From contig WQXA01000001.1 of assembly GCA_009785095.1 (NCBI GenBank), positions 3,244-67,243 of the forward strand: a stretch of 64,000 bases of DNA, written 5' to 3'. This stretch comes from Candidatus Saccharimonadota bacterium (GTDB lineage Bacteria; Patescibacteriota; Saccharimonadia; Saccharimonadales; Saccharimonadaceae). A model generated the notes under the pieces. That model saw only the letters and a list, made by a program, of their open reading frames with translations. It did no database searches and was not told the DNA's origin. The translations under genes were made by a program, and so were the position numbers. Positions 9,564 through 18,053 of this stretch are shown here, piece by piece. Numbering within the stretch: position 1 is the stretch's first letter; each line of letters begins with the position of its first letter.

Positions 9564-10967
9564 CGGGTTGACTTCGGTGTTGAGCGGGTCGCCGGGCGGG
9601 ACTTTTTGTGCCATGAAATAGCCGAGGCTGGCGATCATAGCGGCGTTATCGGTGCACAGCTCGGGCGTGGGGTAGGTGATTGGAATGGGCAAGCGCTCGG
9701 CTAGCTCGCGGCGTAGCTCCTGGTTGGCGGCGACACCTCCGGCGATGACGACCGATTTAGGCTGAAATTCGGCGTAAGCGGCCACGATTTTGTCGACCAG
9801 TGTCTCGACGGCTGTTCGTTGGAACGAAGCCGCGAAATTATGGCGCTGTGACTCGTCCAGAAGCTCGGGGAGGCCGGTCGAGGGGAAAGTGTGGTCGTGG
9901 CCGACTTCTGACTGAACTGTCCTTAGAACGGCTGTCTTGAGGCCAGAAAACGAAAAGTCGTATCGGTTCGACATTTTGGCTTTAGGAAAAGTATAGGCCA
10001 GCGGATCGCCGGTTTTGGCCGCTCTGGCGATCGAAGGCCCTCCGGGGTAGGGCAGGCCGAGAATTTTGGCGACTTTGTCGAACGCCTCGCCGACGGCGTC
10101 ATCGGCGGTTTGGCCGATCATTTGGTAGTCGCCGTGATCATGGAACAGGACGATCTGGCTGTGCCCGCCGCTGACGATTAGAGCTAGCATGGGAAATTGA
10201 GGAGGATTTCCTAAACCATTTTTTCTCATCCCGTAATACGTCAAGCGATCCGCGCGGTGCGACATCTCCATGTCCTGCGGACGGAGACTCTGTCGCTCCG
10301 GCGTCTCCATTGACGCATTTTCGTGAAGAGGATTCAGAAAAAGGTTTAGGGAATCCTCTTTATCCGTCATTCCGGACGGTGTCGAGACAAGATTTTGATC
10401 GCTCTCATTAGTTGCCAAAATGTCTTCCTGAGGCTGTACGCAGTTACGACGAGGCGAAAGTGATTTCTCCTGTGACGACAGGCAGAAATCACGTACCGAA
10501 GGAAGATCATTTGGCAACGGTGAACATGGCTTGCCGTCGATGATGAAATTTGCATAAACATGCGCCTCGACGTGGTGAACCGGGTAGAGTGGCTTGTTCT
10601 TGATGAGCGCCAGCGTGCGGGCGGTCAGCGAGCCAATCAGGAGCGAACCGACCAGGCCGGGCATAGTCGCCACGGCGATGGCGTCGATCTCGTTCCAGCC
10701 GCCAACTCCTTTTACGGCCTCGTCAACGACAGGCAAAATGACCTCGAGGTGCGACCGAGCGGCGACCTCAGGCACGACGCCGCCGAACGCGGAATGAATA
10801 TCGATCTGCGATTGCACGACGTTCGATAGCAGCCGCCTACCGTCTTCGACCACGGCGGCCGCAGTCTCATCGCAAGACGTTTCGATTCCTAATATTTTCA
10901 CATCTGTTATTTTAACATACCTCGATCTTAATTTAGCAATTGTTTGTTCTTTTCCTACTCGTTTCAT
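9525..10967 (-). CDS. tsaD: tRNA N6-adenosine threonylcarbamoyltransferase TsaD carrying an ~110-aa in-frame insertion
   Basis: ILGIETSCDETAAAV, HHVEAHVYA, LIVSGGHS and GGVAAN blocks. Start is ATG 10967 or GTG 10901 (VKILGIETS). About 330 extra nt lie between YANFIIDGK and FPMLALIVSGGH. Confidence 0.88.
   Translation of the reverse strand: MKRVGKEQTIAKLRSRYVKITDVKILGIETSCDETAAAVVEDGRRLLSNVVQSQIDIHSAFGGVVPEVAARSHLEVILPVVDEAVKGVGGWNEIDAIAVATMPGLVGSLLIGSLTARTLALIKNKPLYPVHHVEAHVYANFIIDGKPCSPLPNDLPSVRDFCLSSQEKSLSPRRNCVQPQEDILATNESDQNLVSTPSGMTDKEDSLNLFLNPLHENASMETPERQSLRPQDMEMSHRADRLTYYGMRKNGLGNPPQFPMLALIVSGGHSQIVLFHDHGDYQMIGQTADDAVGEAFDKVAKILGLPYPGGPSIARAAKTGDPLAYTFPKAKMSNRYDFSFSGLKTAVLRTVQSEVGHDHTFPSTGLPELLDESQRHNFAASFQRTAVETLVDKIVAAYAEFQPKSVVIAGGVAANQELRRELAERLPIPITYPTPELCTDNAAMIASLGYFMAQKVPPGDPLNTEVNPSISMTLAAWNLS
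10411..10518. mobile_element. palindromic hairpin element, copy B (core 10423..10506), in-frame inside tsaD, inverted relative to copy A
   Basis: Reverse complement is 93% identical to 4394..4477. Long imperfect terminal inverted repeats (GTTGCCAAAATGTCTTCCTGAGG / CCGAAGGAAGATCATTTGGCAAC). Two base pairs of the inner hairpin differ from copy A by compensatory changes (C:G to T:A, twice). Confidence 0.8.
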
Positions 10968-10990
10968 TGTAAAATAGTAAAGTGAAAAAT

Positions 10991-12031
10991 ATGCTAAGGC
11001 GGGCAACGACGCGTGAGGTCAAGCGCTGGGATGAGCTTTTGCCGGAAAACGAGGCCGGCGGCGAGGTTTTCCAGACCAAGTCGTTCGCTGCTATCAAGGA
11101 ACGCCAGGGCTGGCAACCGGAGTTTTGGGTTTATGAGACTTCTTTCGGTCAGGTTTACGCGCTGGCGCTAACTCGACGGATTACTGGGGTGGGGCGGATC
11201 GTCTACATGCCGCGCGGCCCCAGCATCACCAACATCAAGCAATGGACTGAGATCTGTCGATTGAATCGCCGATTCGAGAAAACAGCGACGCTTATCAAGA
11301 TGGATCCGCCGATCGCCCGTGACAACGCTAAAACTTTGCCGAATGATTTGGTTAAGGTCGGCAACGTCCAGCGTTCAACCGCCAACACTGTGGTGGTTAA
11401 CCTAGAGCAAACCGAGGACGATCTCTGGCGCAGTTTCCGGCAGCGTGCCCGGCGTTCAATTCGGGGTGGCCGAAAAGAAAAACTGCGGGTGGTTGACGTC
11501 GAACCGTCGCGCGCTAGTGTCGATCAGATGTGGCAACTCTACAAAGGCACGGCTCGGCGTGCCAAATTGACCACCCGGCGCTCGAGATACTATCATCATT
11601 TTTGGCAAGAGTTTGGTGGTCGCGGCGTCGGGCGGTTCTTCTTTGTTCTCGAGCCGAATCACGAGGAGCCGGTGGCCGGGGCTTTTGTGCATTGGTCGGG
11701 CAAGAACGCTCTGTACAAGGACGGCGGCTCGCGACGCGATAGCAAAACTCACTTTTCGCATCTACTGCATTGGCAAATCATGCGTTGGCTGGCCGGGCGT
11801 GGCGTCAGCACTTACGATCTCGGTGGCACGCCGCCCAGCGATCGTTTGGATGATCCAATGCATGCGCTGGCGAGTTTGGTGACCTTTAAGCTCAGTTTCG
11901 GCGCGCCGGTGGTTGACTTTGTTGGTACTTATGATCAAGTACTAAAACCGGCCAAGTACAAGAGGTGGCGCCAAATCGAACGTTTGTGGCGGGCGGTGGC
12001 TCGTCGCACGCCCGCTCGCGATATTTATTAG
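10991..12031 (+). CDS. FemAB-family peptidoglycan bridge-formation protein (paralog 3)
   Basis: YMPRGPS, YDLGG and TFKLSFGA blocks. GTG 10982 is an alternative start. Divergent from tsaD. Confidence 0.7.
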   Translation: MLRRATTREVKRWDELLPENEAGGEVFQTKSFAAIKERQGWQPEFWVYETSFGQVYALALTRRITGVGRIVYMPRGPSITNIKQWTEICRLNRRFEKTATLIKMDPPIARDNAKTLPNDLVKVGNVQRSTANTVVVNLEQTEDDLWRSFRQRARRSIRGGRKEKLRVVDVEPSRASVDQMWQLYKGTARRAKLTTRRSRYYHHFWQEFGGRGVGRFFFVLEPNHEEPVAGAFVHWSGKNALYKDGGSRRDSKTHFSHLLHWQIMRWLAGRGVSTYDLGGTPPSDRLDDPMHALASLVTFKLSFGAPVVDFVGTYDQVLKPAKYKRWRQIERLWRAVARRTPARDIY

Positions 12032-12055
12032 AATCTGGTACAATGGGCAATCATT

Positions 12056-13369
12056 ATGATTAAAAGAATCCTAAAGAAAATTCCTGGTTACGAAAAGTTA
12101 GTAATACCGCTACACCGGGTGCGGGCTTTTCGGGCGGCCAGCAAATACGATTATCCGGCCTCCAACATGAAAGTCATCGGTATCACCGGCACCAACGGCA
12201 AAACCACTACGGCCTTTATGGTGCACAAAATGTTAACAGCAGCCGGCCACAAAACGGCTCTGATGACCACGGTGGCCTATGGCGTCGGGAACGATCTCAA
12301 ACCGCAAATTTCGCACATGACAACGGTGAGCGCCAAATTGCTCAACGAGCGCATCGCTGGCTTTCGTGATGCTGGCGCTGAATATCTGGTACTAGAGATC
12401 ACCTCGCACGCTCTGGCGCAGCGTCGTGTCTTTGGCATTCCGATCGATGTGGCTGTTTTGACCAATGTGACGCATGAGCACTTGGATTACCATAAAACTT
12501 TTGCTAATTACTTGAATGCTAAGCGAAAATTGTTCAAGATCGCCAACAGAACGCACGGCGGGCAGCGCGTCGGGATCATTAATGCGGACGATCCGGTGGC
12601 GAAGATATTTGCCGGCGATATTGCGAATCCTTTGACCTATGGCATCGACAAGGGCGACCTAAGGGCGCGACAGGTCAAACTAGAATCGACCGGTATCGAT
12701 TATTATGTCAAAGTCGACGACGTTAAACTCCACATTCGCTCGCCAATCCCGGGTCTGTTCAATGTTTATAATTCGCTGGCAGCGGTGGGCGTGGGGCTGA
12801 GTTATGGCCTGACGCCGGAGCAAATCGAAAAGGGAATTGCTGCGTTAACATCGGTCGAGGGTCGAATGAACCGCGTTAATGAAGGACAGAAATTCCAAGT
12901 CGTGGTTGATTTCGCTCACACGCCGGATAGCTTTGAGAAATTACTGAGCGATTTTCGAAAATCGACCAAAGGCAAATTGATCGTCATGTTCGGTTCGGCC
13001 GGCCGACGCGACGAAAAAAAGCGAGCGGCGCAAGGCGAAATCGCCGGAAAATACGCCGATGTCGTGGTTCTGACCGAAGAAGACGATCGTGATGTCGACG
13101 GCCAAGAAATCCTGAGCCAAATCGCCGAGGGTGCCGAGAAATCCAACAAAAAGTTGGACGAGAATTTGTTCAAAGTGCTCGATCGCACCGCGGCCATCGA
13201 GTTCGCGCTAAAGCAAGCCAAAGCGGCCGACGACGTGGTGATGCTGCTCGGCAAAGGTCACGAAAAAACCATCGAGCGCGCCGACGGAGAGCACCCTTGG
13301 GATGAGACTGAGGTAGCGCGGAAAATTTTGCGGTCGAAAATCTCGACCAGTTCCAGGAAATCAGCCTGA
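12056..13369 (+). CDS. murE: UDP-N-acetylmuramoyl-L-alanyl-D-glutamate--(L-lysine or meso-DAP) ligase, short form
   Basis: Mur ligase P-loop GITGTNGKTTT, the DFAHTPDS block typical of MurE, C-terminal GKGHE. Confidence 0.8.
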   Translation: MIKRILKKIPGYEKLVIPLHRVRAFRAASKYDYPASNMKVIGITGTNGKTTTAFMVHKMLTAAGHKTALMTTVAYGVGNDLKPQISHMTTVSAKLLNERIAGFRDAGAEYLVLEITSHALAQRRVFGIPIDVAVLTNVTHEHLDYHKTFANYLNAKRKLFKIANRTHGGQRVGIINADDPVAKIFAGDIANPLTYGIDKGDLRARQVKLESTGIDYYVKVDDVKLHIRSPIPGLFNVYNSLAAVGVGLSYGLTPEQIEKGIAALTSVEGRMNRVNEGQKFQVVVDFAHTPDSFEKLLSDFRKSTKGKLIVMFGSAGRRDEKKRAAQGEIAGKYADVVVLTEEDDRDVDGQEILSQIAEGAEKSNKKLDENLFKVLDRTAAIEFALKQAKAADDVVMLLGKGHEKTIERADGEHPWDETEVARKILRSKISTSSRKSA

Positions 13370-13385
13370 GTGCTATAATAAAAGC

Positions 13386-13937
13386 ATGAACAATTTAACA
13401 ACCATCGACCAAATCGAGTCGAGCGTGGTGTCGCTGCGCGGGCAGAAAGTGCTAATCGACGCCGACGTGGCGCGGTTTTATGGCGTGGAGACCAAACGCA
13501 TTAATGAAGCGATCAAAAATAATCCGGACAAGTTTCCAGATGGCTATATTTTATCTTTGCATGCAGACGAATGGCAAAACTTGAAGTCGAAATTTTCGAC
13601 TTCAAGTTGGGGCGGCAAAAACAAACTGCCCAAAGCGTTCACCGAAAAAGGCCTATACATGCTGGCCACCATCCTGAAAAGTCCGCGCGCCACCGCGACG
13701 ACGCTGGCGATCGTGGAAACTTTCACGAAAATCCGCGAGCTGACCGGCCTACTCAGCGACCTGCCGGATTCCACGAACGGCGTCGAGCGCCAGGCCCTGA
13801 TCGACCAAAGCAGCCAAATCATGTCGGGGCTACTGGACGAAAACATGCGCGTTTCGGAAACGGAAACTACTGTCGAGGTCAATTTTGCGGTCATGAAAGT
13901 CAAGCACACGGTCAAACGTGGCCGCAAGCAAAAGTAA
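13386..13937 (+). CDS. ORF6N/KilA-N-like DNA-binding domain protein
   Basis: LRGQKVLIDADVARFYGVETKRINEAIKNNPDKFP...FTEKGLYMLATILKS matches the ORF6N domain pattern from memory. Confidence 0.55.
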   Translation: MNNLTTIDQIESSVVSLRGQKVLIDADVARFYGVETKRINEAIKNNPDKFPDGYILSLHADEWQNLKSKFSTSSWGGKNKLPKAFTEKGLYMLATILKSPRATATTLAIVETFTKIRELTGLLSDLPDSTNGVERQALIDQSSQIMSGLLDENMRVSETETTVEVNFAVMKVKHTVKRGRKQK

Positions 13938-13939
13938 TT

Positions 13940-14788
13940 CTAGTCCAGCGTCAACGACACGCAGCGGATGTAGCCGCCGCCTTTGGCGAGTTCGGGGGCG
14001 TCGATCGGGATGACTTTCAGGCCGCGCCGCTCGAGCTCGGCTTTTAGCTGTGGCGCGTGGGCGCTCATGATGACGGTTTGCCCGGTCGAAACCGAATTCA
14101 GACTCAGACCGCGCACTGCCTCGTCGTAACTGACCGCGATTTTCTCGATCGGTAAATTAGCGATTTTAACCTGCGATTCTTCGTCGAAAGCTCCGGGGTA
14201 ATAGGCAATCAAATCGTCGCGGATCACAGTGAGCGCCAGATCGACATCGTAGAAAAAGCTATCCGGCCAGCCGGTAGCGGCGTTGATAACCGGCCGATCG
14301 TCGCCGTCCAAATCAGGCAGGGTGTGTAACTGCACCAACTCCAGCCCCAAAGTTTCGGCTGCGAAAGCCTGCGCCGCCGCGTCGCTGCGATAGCCGCTGC
14401 CAGCCAACAAATATTTGCCGCAGGGCAGGGAATCGCCTTGGCCGCTAAATTTCAATCCGTCCGGCACGTGCACCAGAGTTTTTCCGAGCTCGGCCAAGAT
14501 TTCCGCAGCGTGTGCCTCTTCGCCTTTCCGAGGGCCCGGCAGGCGGCTCAGGACGCATTTTTCGCCACGCACCAATCCCCAATTGGCCGTGTAAACGCCG
14601 TCCTGTGACGTGGATGGCGGCGGGACTTGGATGACTTCGATGCCGGCTGTCTCGAAAGCTTTCCGGATAGTCGCGTGCTCGGCCTTGGCCTTGTCGACCG
14701 CTATTTCAGCATCGGTGTAATAGGGGTTAATCCAATCGGCGCTACTAAAATAATCGGCGCCGCTCATCAAAACTTTTTGGTTCAACAT
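13940..14788 (-). CDS. guanidino-group-modifying enzyme superfamily protein (amidinotransferase / DDAH / arginine-deiminase-like)
   Basis: C-terminal GGGYIRCVSLTL (catalytic Cys motif of this fold) and ~280 aa length. Confidence 0.5.
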   Translation of the reverse strand: MLNQKVLMSGADYFSSADWINPYYTDAEIAVDKAKAEHATIRKAFETAGIEVIQVPPPSTSQDGVYTANWGLVRGEKCVLSRLPGPRKGEEAHAAEILAELGKTLVHVPDGLKFSGQGDSLPCGKYLLAGSGYRSDAAAQAFAAETLGLELVQLHTLPDLDGDDRPVINAATGWPDSFFYDVDLALTVIRDDLIAYYPGAFDEESQVKIANLPIEKIAVSYDEAVRGLSLNSVSTGQTVIMSAHAPQLKAELERRGLKVIPIDAPELAKGGGYIRCVSLTLD

Positions 14789-14844
14789 ATCGCAAAATAT
14801 TGTAGCACATGCTAGAATGGGAGCTACTAATGCGAGGGGGTTTC

Positions 14845-16563
14845 ATGGGAAACAGGTCTGGACAATTACCGACAAACAAAGATTTAATCGATATCAAAGA
14901 AACTTTGGCGGCCTACTATGATATCGTGCCAAATGCGAATAAATCGAATCAGAAAGTGATTTTCGGCACCAGCGGCCATCGCGGAGCAGCCGAAAAAGGC
15001 AGTTTCAACCAAGCCCACATCGTGGCCATCACGGCGGCGATAGTCGAATATCGGCGCGAGCGAGGTTTGGGCGGATCGATTCTAGTTGGTCTCGATACGC
15101 ATCTTCTGTCGCTGCCGGCTTTTCGCACGACGTTAGAAGTTTTAGCCGGCGCGGGCGTGCAATACGCAATCGATTCTCATATCACGGCCGAGATGCTTGA
15201 CTTGGCCGAGCAAGGCCGAGCGCCCAAAGGCTGCGCTATCTGGACGCCGACGCCGACGATTTCGCACGCGATCTTGCACGCCAACGGTGACAAAACCGAT
15301 TTGGCTGAGATGTCTGATGGCATAGCGATTACGCCGAGTCACAATCCGCCGACTGATGGTGGCTATAAATACAACCTCGAGCACGGCGGGGCGGCTGACG
15401 CGGACGCGACGAATTGGATTGCGACGCGCGCCAATGAGATTTTGGCGGATGGTTTCGAGAAAGTTCCCCGAGCCGATTTCATAGAAGCCCTGAACCGAGC
15501 CGAGCGAGTTGATTATCGTACCAACTACGTCAAAGATCTGAGTAACGTCATCGACATGGAGGCTATCGCCGTGGCCGGCGTGCGGATCGGCGCCGATTCG
15601 TTGGGCGGTTCGTCGATGGATTATTGGAGCGAGGTCGCGAGAACCTACAATCTCAATCTGGTCGTCTTGAATGATGTGGTTGATCCGCGGTTTTCTTTTA
15701 TAACTTTGGACTGGGATGAAAAAATCCGCATGGATTGCTCTAGTCAGGATTCGATGGCCGGTACGGTGAGGCTCTCAAACGAGGCGGGCGATTTCGACAT
15801 TGTGACCGGCAACGACTGTGATGCTGATCGGCATGGCATCGTGGTGAGAAATCCCAAGAACGACAAATTTGAATTGATGAACCCGAATCATTTCTTGGCG
15901 GTGGCGGTTAATTACCTATACGGCCAGAATCGCCCCAATTGGTCGACTAATTTACAGGTCGGCAAAACTCTAGTTAGTTCGAGCCTGATTGATCGCGTGG
16001 CAGCCGGACTCGGCCGGGCAATCTACGAAGTCCCGGTGGGTTTTAAATGGTTCGTGCCCGGTTTACTCGACGGTTCGCTCGGCTTTGGTGGCGAAGAATC
16101 GGCCGGCGCGAGTTTCTTGCGTCGCGACGGTAGGCCATGGACGACTGACAAAGACGGCATTGTCCTAGCGCTGCTGGCGGCGGAAATCTTGGCCAAGACC
16201 GGCCAAACACCGGCCGAAATGCATCGCGAGCTAACCAACAAATACGGCCAAAGTTGGTACGAGCGCATCGACGCGCCGATTGCCCCCGATGACAAATCAA
16301 AATTGTCGAATTTGAACGCCGAACAGATCACTGCCACCGAGCTAGCGGGCGAGCCGATCATTGCAAAACTGAGCGAAGCGCCCGGCAACGGTGCCAAAAT
16401 CGGCGGCCTAAAAGTCGCCTCTGAGAACGCCTGGTTCGCAGCCCGACCGAGCGGAACCGAAAATGTTTACAAAATCTACGCCGAAAGTTTCATTTCGCAC
16501 GATCATCTGCTCGAAGTACAATCCGCTGCTAAAGAAGTTGTTGCGCGAGCGATCGGAGAATAG
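14845..16563 (+). CDS. pgm: phosphoglucomutase, alpha-D-glucose-phosphate specific
   Basis: TPSHNPPTDGGYKYN phosphoserine loop, GNDCDADRHG, GGEESAG. Start set to ATG 14845, which follows GAGGGGG. Confidence 0.88.
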   Translation: MGNRSGQLPTNKDLIDIKETLAAYYDIVPNANKSNQKVIFGTSGHRGAAEKGSFNQAHIVAITAAIVEYRRERGLGGSILVGLDTHLLSLPAFRTTLEVLAGAGVQYAIDSHITAEMLDLAEQGRAPKGCAIWTPTPTISHAILHANGDKTDLAEMSDGIAITPSHNPPTDGGYKYNLEHGGAADADATNWIATRANEILADGFEKVPRADFIEALNRAERVDYRTNYVKDLSNVIDMEAIAVAGVRIGADSLGGSSMDYWSEVARTYNLNLVVLNDVVDPRFSFITLDWDEKIRMDCSSQDSMAGTVRLSNEAGDFDIVTGNDCDADRHGIVVRNPKNDKFELMNPNHFLAVAVNYLYGQNRPNWSTNLQVGKTLVSSSLIDRVAAGLGRAIYEVPVGFKWFVPGLLDGSLGFGGEESAGASFLRRDGRPWTTDKDGIVLALLAAEILAKTGQTPAEMHRELTNKYGQSWYERIDAPIAPDDKSKLSNLNAEQITATELAGEPIIAKLSEAPGNGAKIGGLKVASENAWFAARPSGTENVYKIYAESFISHDHLLEVQSAAKEVVARAIGE

Positions 16564-16751
16564 TTAGCAAATTTGCGCTTAAAGGATCGGTGCAATGTTC
16601 CAAGCCGTATGTCGGGGGTCGATTTGAACTATTGCATCCCTCGGTAGTGGTTCTGGCTGTGAGCCTATAGTGTGACTTGGTTTAACCAGAGGAGCGTGAG
16701 TTGGCGGGTTCGTACTACTGGCTCTGCCTATGCGGTAGTCAGTGCGAACTG

Positions 16752-17567
16752 TCACAGCTGAACTGTGGCGGTCGCTGGTCGGCGCATCGACGGCTGCTTA
16801 TTAGATTGCTGTGTGTTGCGCTCTGCGTCCACAGCAGGGCGTTTTTTATGCCGTCTTGGTTGTTGAACCGGAACTATTCCGTCAGACAATTTTATTCCGG
16901 CTCGTCGTGCCAACCTATCCACCTCTCCAACCCAGTATGGAAGTTCTCTTTTCTCTCTATTACGTTTACCAGGCTTACTATAGTCAACCCGATGACCTTT
17001 AACACTCGCACTCCCCATGACGGTTGTGAGAAATAGAGCACGACCTACGTAATTCTCTCGCAATCTTATTCGACGATCTGCTGGAGATTCTTTACAATCT
17101 TGAGGCATGAACATAACAGCATACTTTTGCCAATATTCTTTCCATGCAATACCCTCTTCAGTGCGTATGGCATCATCACGCTCAAGCCAGGACATCTCCT
17201 GTTCGGCCATTATTCTGGAGCGTTCTGCCCACGCAGCGGCCTCTTCGTACATCGGTTGTTCTATTAATGCTCCAAGATTATCTAAGTCAGCAGAAACTTC
17301 ATCCAGCTGAGATGGTTCAGCTTCAGTATCAGTCTGGGCAGATTGCTCTCTCACGTGCCGGGCTGCCAGCATACCCCACGCTGTCTTATCGCTATGTATA
17401 ATAGACTTCATAGTCTTTGGGTCGATATGGTCATCGGGCATGAGTTCCGGGTCAGCATAACCATCTGGTTCTTCGAAATAGCCAGCTCCAGTAAAAGCTC
17501 CAGGTTTTTGCGGTAAGCTATCTCGCCCTTCATATCGTTCAATAGCACTGCTCAGTCGTTCTGCCAT
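16752..17567 (-). CDS. hypothetical acidic Trp-rich protein (orphan)
   Basis: Long ORF with no recognisable motif. Start placed at ATG 17567 (MAERLSS), because the codons upstream coincide with a consensus promoter. TTG 17660 is the alternative start. Confidence 0.45.
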   Translation of the reverse strand: MAERLSSAIERYEGRDSLPQKPGAFTGAGYFEEPDGYADPELMPDDHIDPKTMKSIIHSDKTAWGMLAARHVREQSAQTDTEAEPSQLDEVSADLDNLGALIEQPMYEEAAAWAERSRIMAEQEMSWLERDDAIRTEEGIAWKEYWQKYAVMFMPQDCKESPADRRIRLRENYVGRALFLTTVMGSASVKGHRVDYSKPGKRNREKRELPYWVGEVDRLARRAGIKLSDGIVPVQQPRRHKKRPAVDAERNTQQSNKQPSMRRPATATVQL

Positions 17568-17614
17568 AACACCTACGATCTTTCTCCCACCGCAGTTAAA
17601 AGTATTTGCGGAAA

Positions 17615-17645
17615 ATTGTAACACAATGGGGGGGGGTGCTGTCAA
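17615..17645 (-). promoter_or_regulatory. sigma70-like promoter TTGACA-19 nt-TACAAT with a C9 tract inside the spacer
   Basis: On the minus strand: TTGACA (17645..17640), a 19-nt spacer containing CCCCCCCCC, then TACAAT (17620..17615). Confidence 0.5.
17628..17636. repeat. homopolymer tract G9 (C9 on the gene strand)
   Basis: Counted directly. Confidence 0.95.
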
Positions 17646-17682
17646 GGGCTTTTTCAACAAAAATTCAATGGAAATATAGAAA

Positions 17683-17725
17683 CTAGCACTCGGGGCTTGC
17701 GAGTGCCAGGATTTTGCGCTACAAT
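17683..17725 (+). promoter_or_regulatory. CIRCE-like HrcA operator overlapping the groESL promoter
   Basis: CTAGCACTC-N9-GAGTGCCAG (consensus TTAGCACTC-N9-GAGTGCTAA). TTGCGA (17697..17702), 17-nt spacer, TACAAT (17720..17725). Confidence 0.75.
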
Positions 17726-17758
17726 GGAGAGGAAAGAAATTAACTCGAGGAGGAGTTC

Positions 17759-18028
17759 ATGACCAAAGTTCCAATCAAACCCCTGGGCGAGCGCATCGTG
17801 GCCACGCGCGAGGAAGCGGCGACTAAAACTGCGGCCGGCCTTTATCTGCCGGACAACGCCAAGGAAAAATCACAAATTGCCAAGGCCGTGGCCGTTGGCG
17901 CGGCCGTTCGCGAAGTCAAAATCGGCGATCGGATTATCGTGCGCGAGTATTCCACCACCGAAGTCAAAATCGACGGCGTGGAATATCTGATCGTCAAAGA
18001 AGAGGACGTCCTGGCGACGGTGGCCTAG
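17759..18028 (+). CDS. groES: co-chaperonin GroES
   Basis: IKPLGERIV...AGLYLPD...GDRIIVREYS blocks. RBS GAGGAGGAG. Confidence 0.95.
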   Translation: MTKVPIKPLGERIVATREEAATKTAAGLYLPDNAKEKSQIAKAVAVGAAVREVKIGDRIIVREYSTTEVKIDGVEYLIVKEEDVLATVA

Positions 18029-18053
18029 AAGAAATTAATGAAAGGAGAAAACA

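Noticed and set aside
14118-14132. 15-nt exact match (GCCTCGTCGTAACTG) between the amidinotransferase-like gene and the valS/tsaD palindromic element.
   Set aside because: The flanks do not match and there is no hairpin or terminal-repeat context. It lies in an apparently ordinary coding stretch (VSYDEAVR). It may be chance or an old footprint, and I cannot tell which without a genome-wide search.
16564-16751. 188-nt convergent intergenic region after pgm with many imperfect hairpins and a repeated GAACTGT. I considered tmRNA, SRP RNA, RNase P and a displaced pgm 3' end.
   Set aside because: I found no tRNA-like end, SRP GGAA/AGCA motif or RNase P conserved regions, and no frame resembles the Pgm C-terminus. 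It remains unexplained, and an Rfam scan would be needed.
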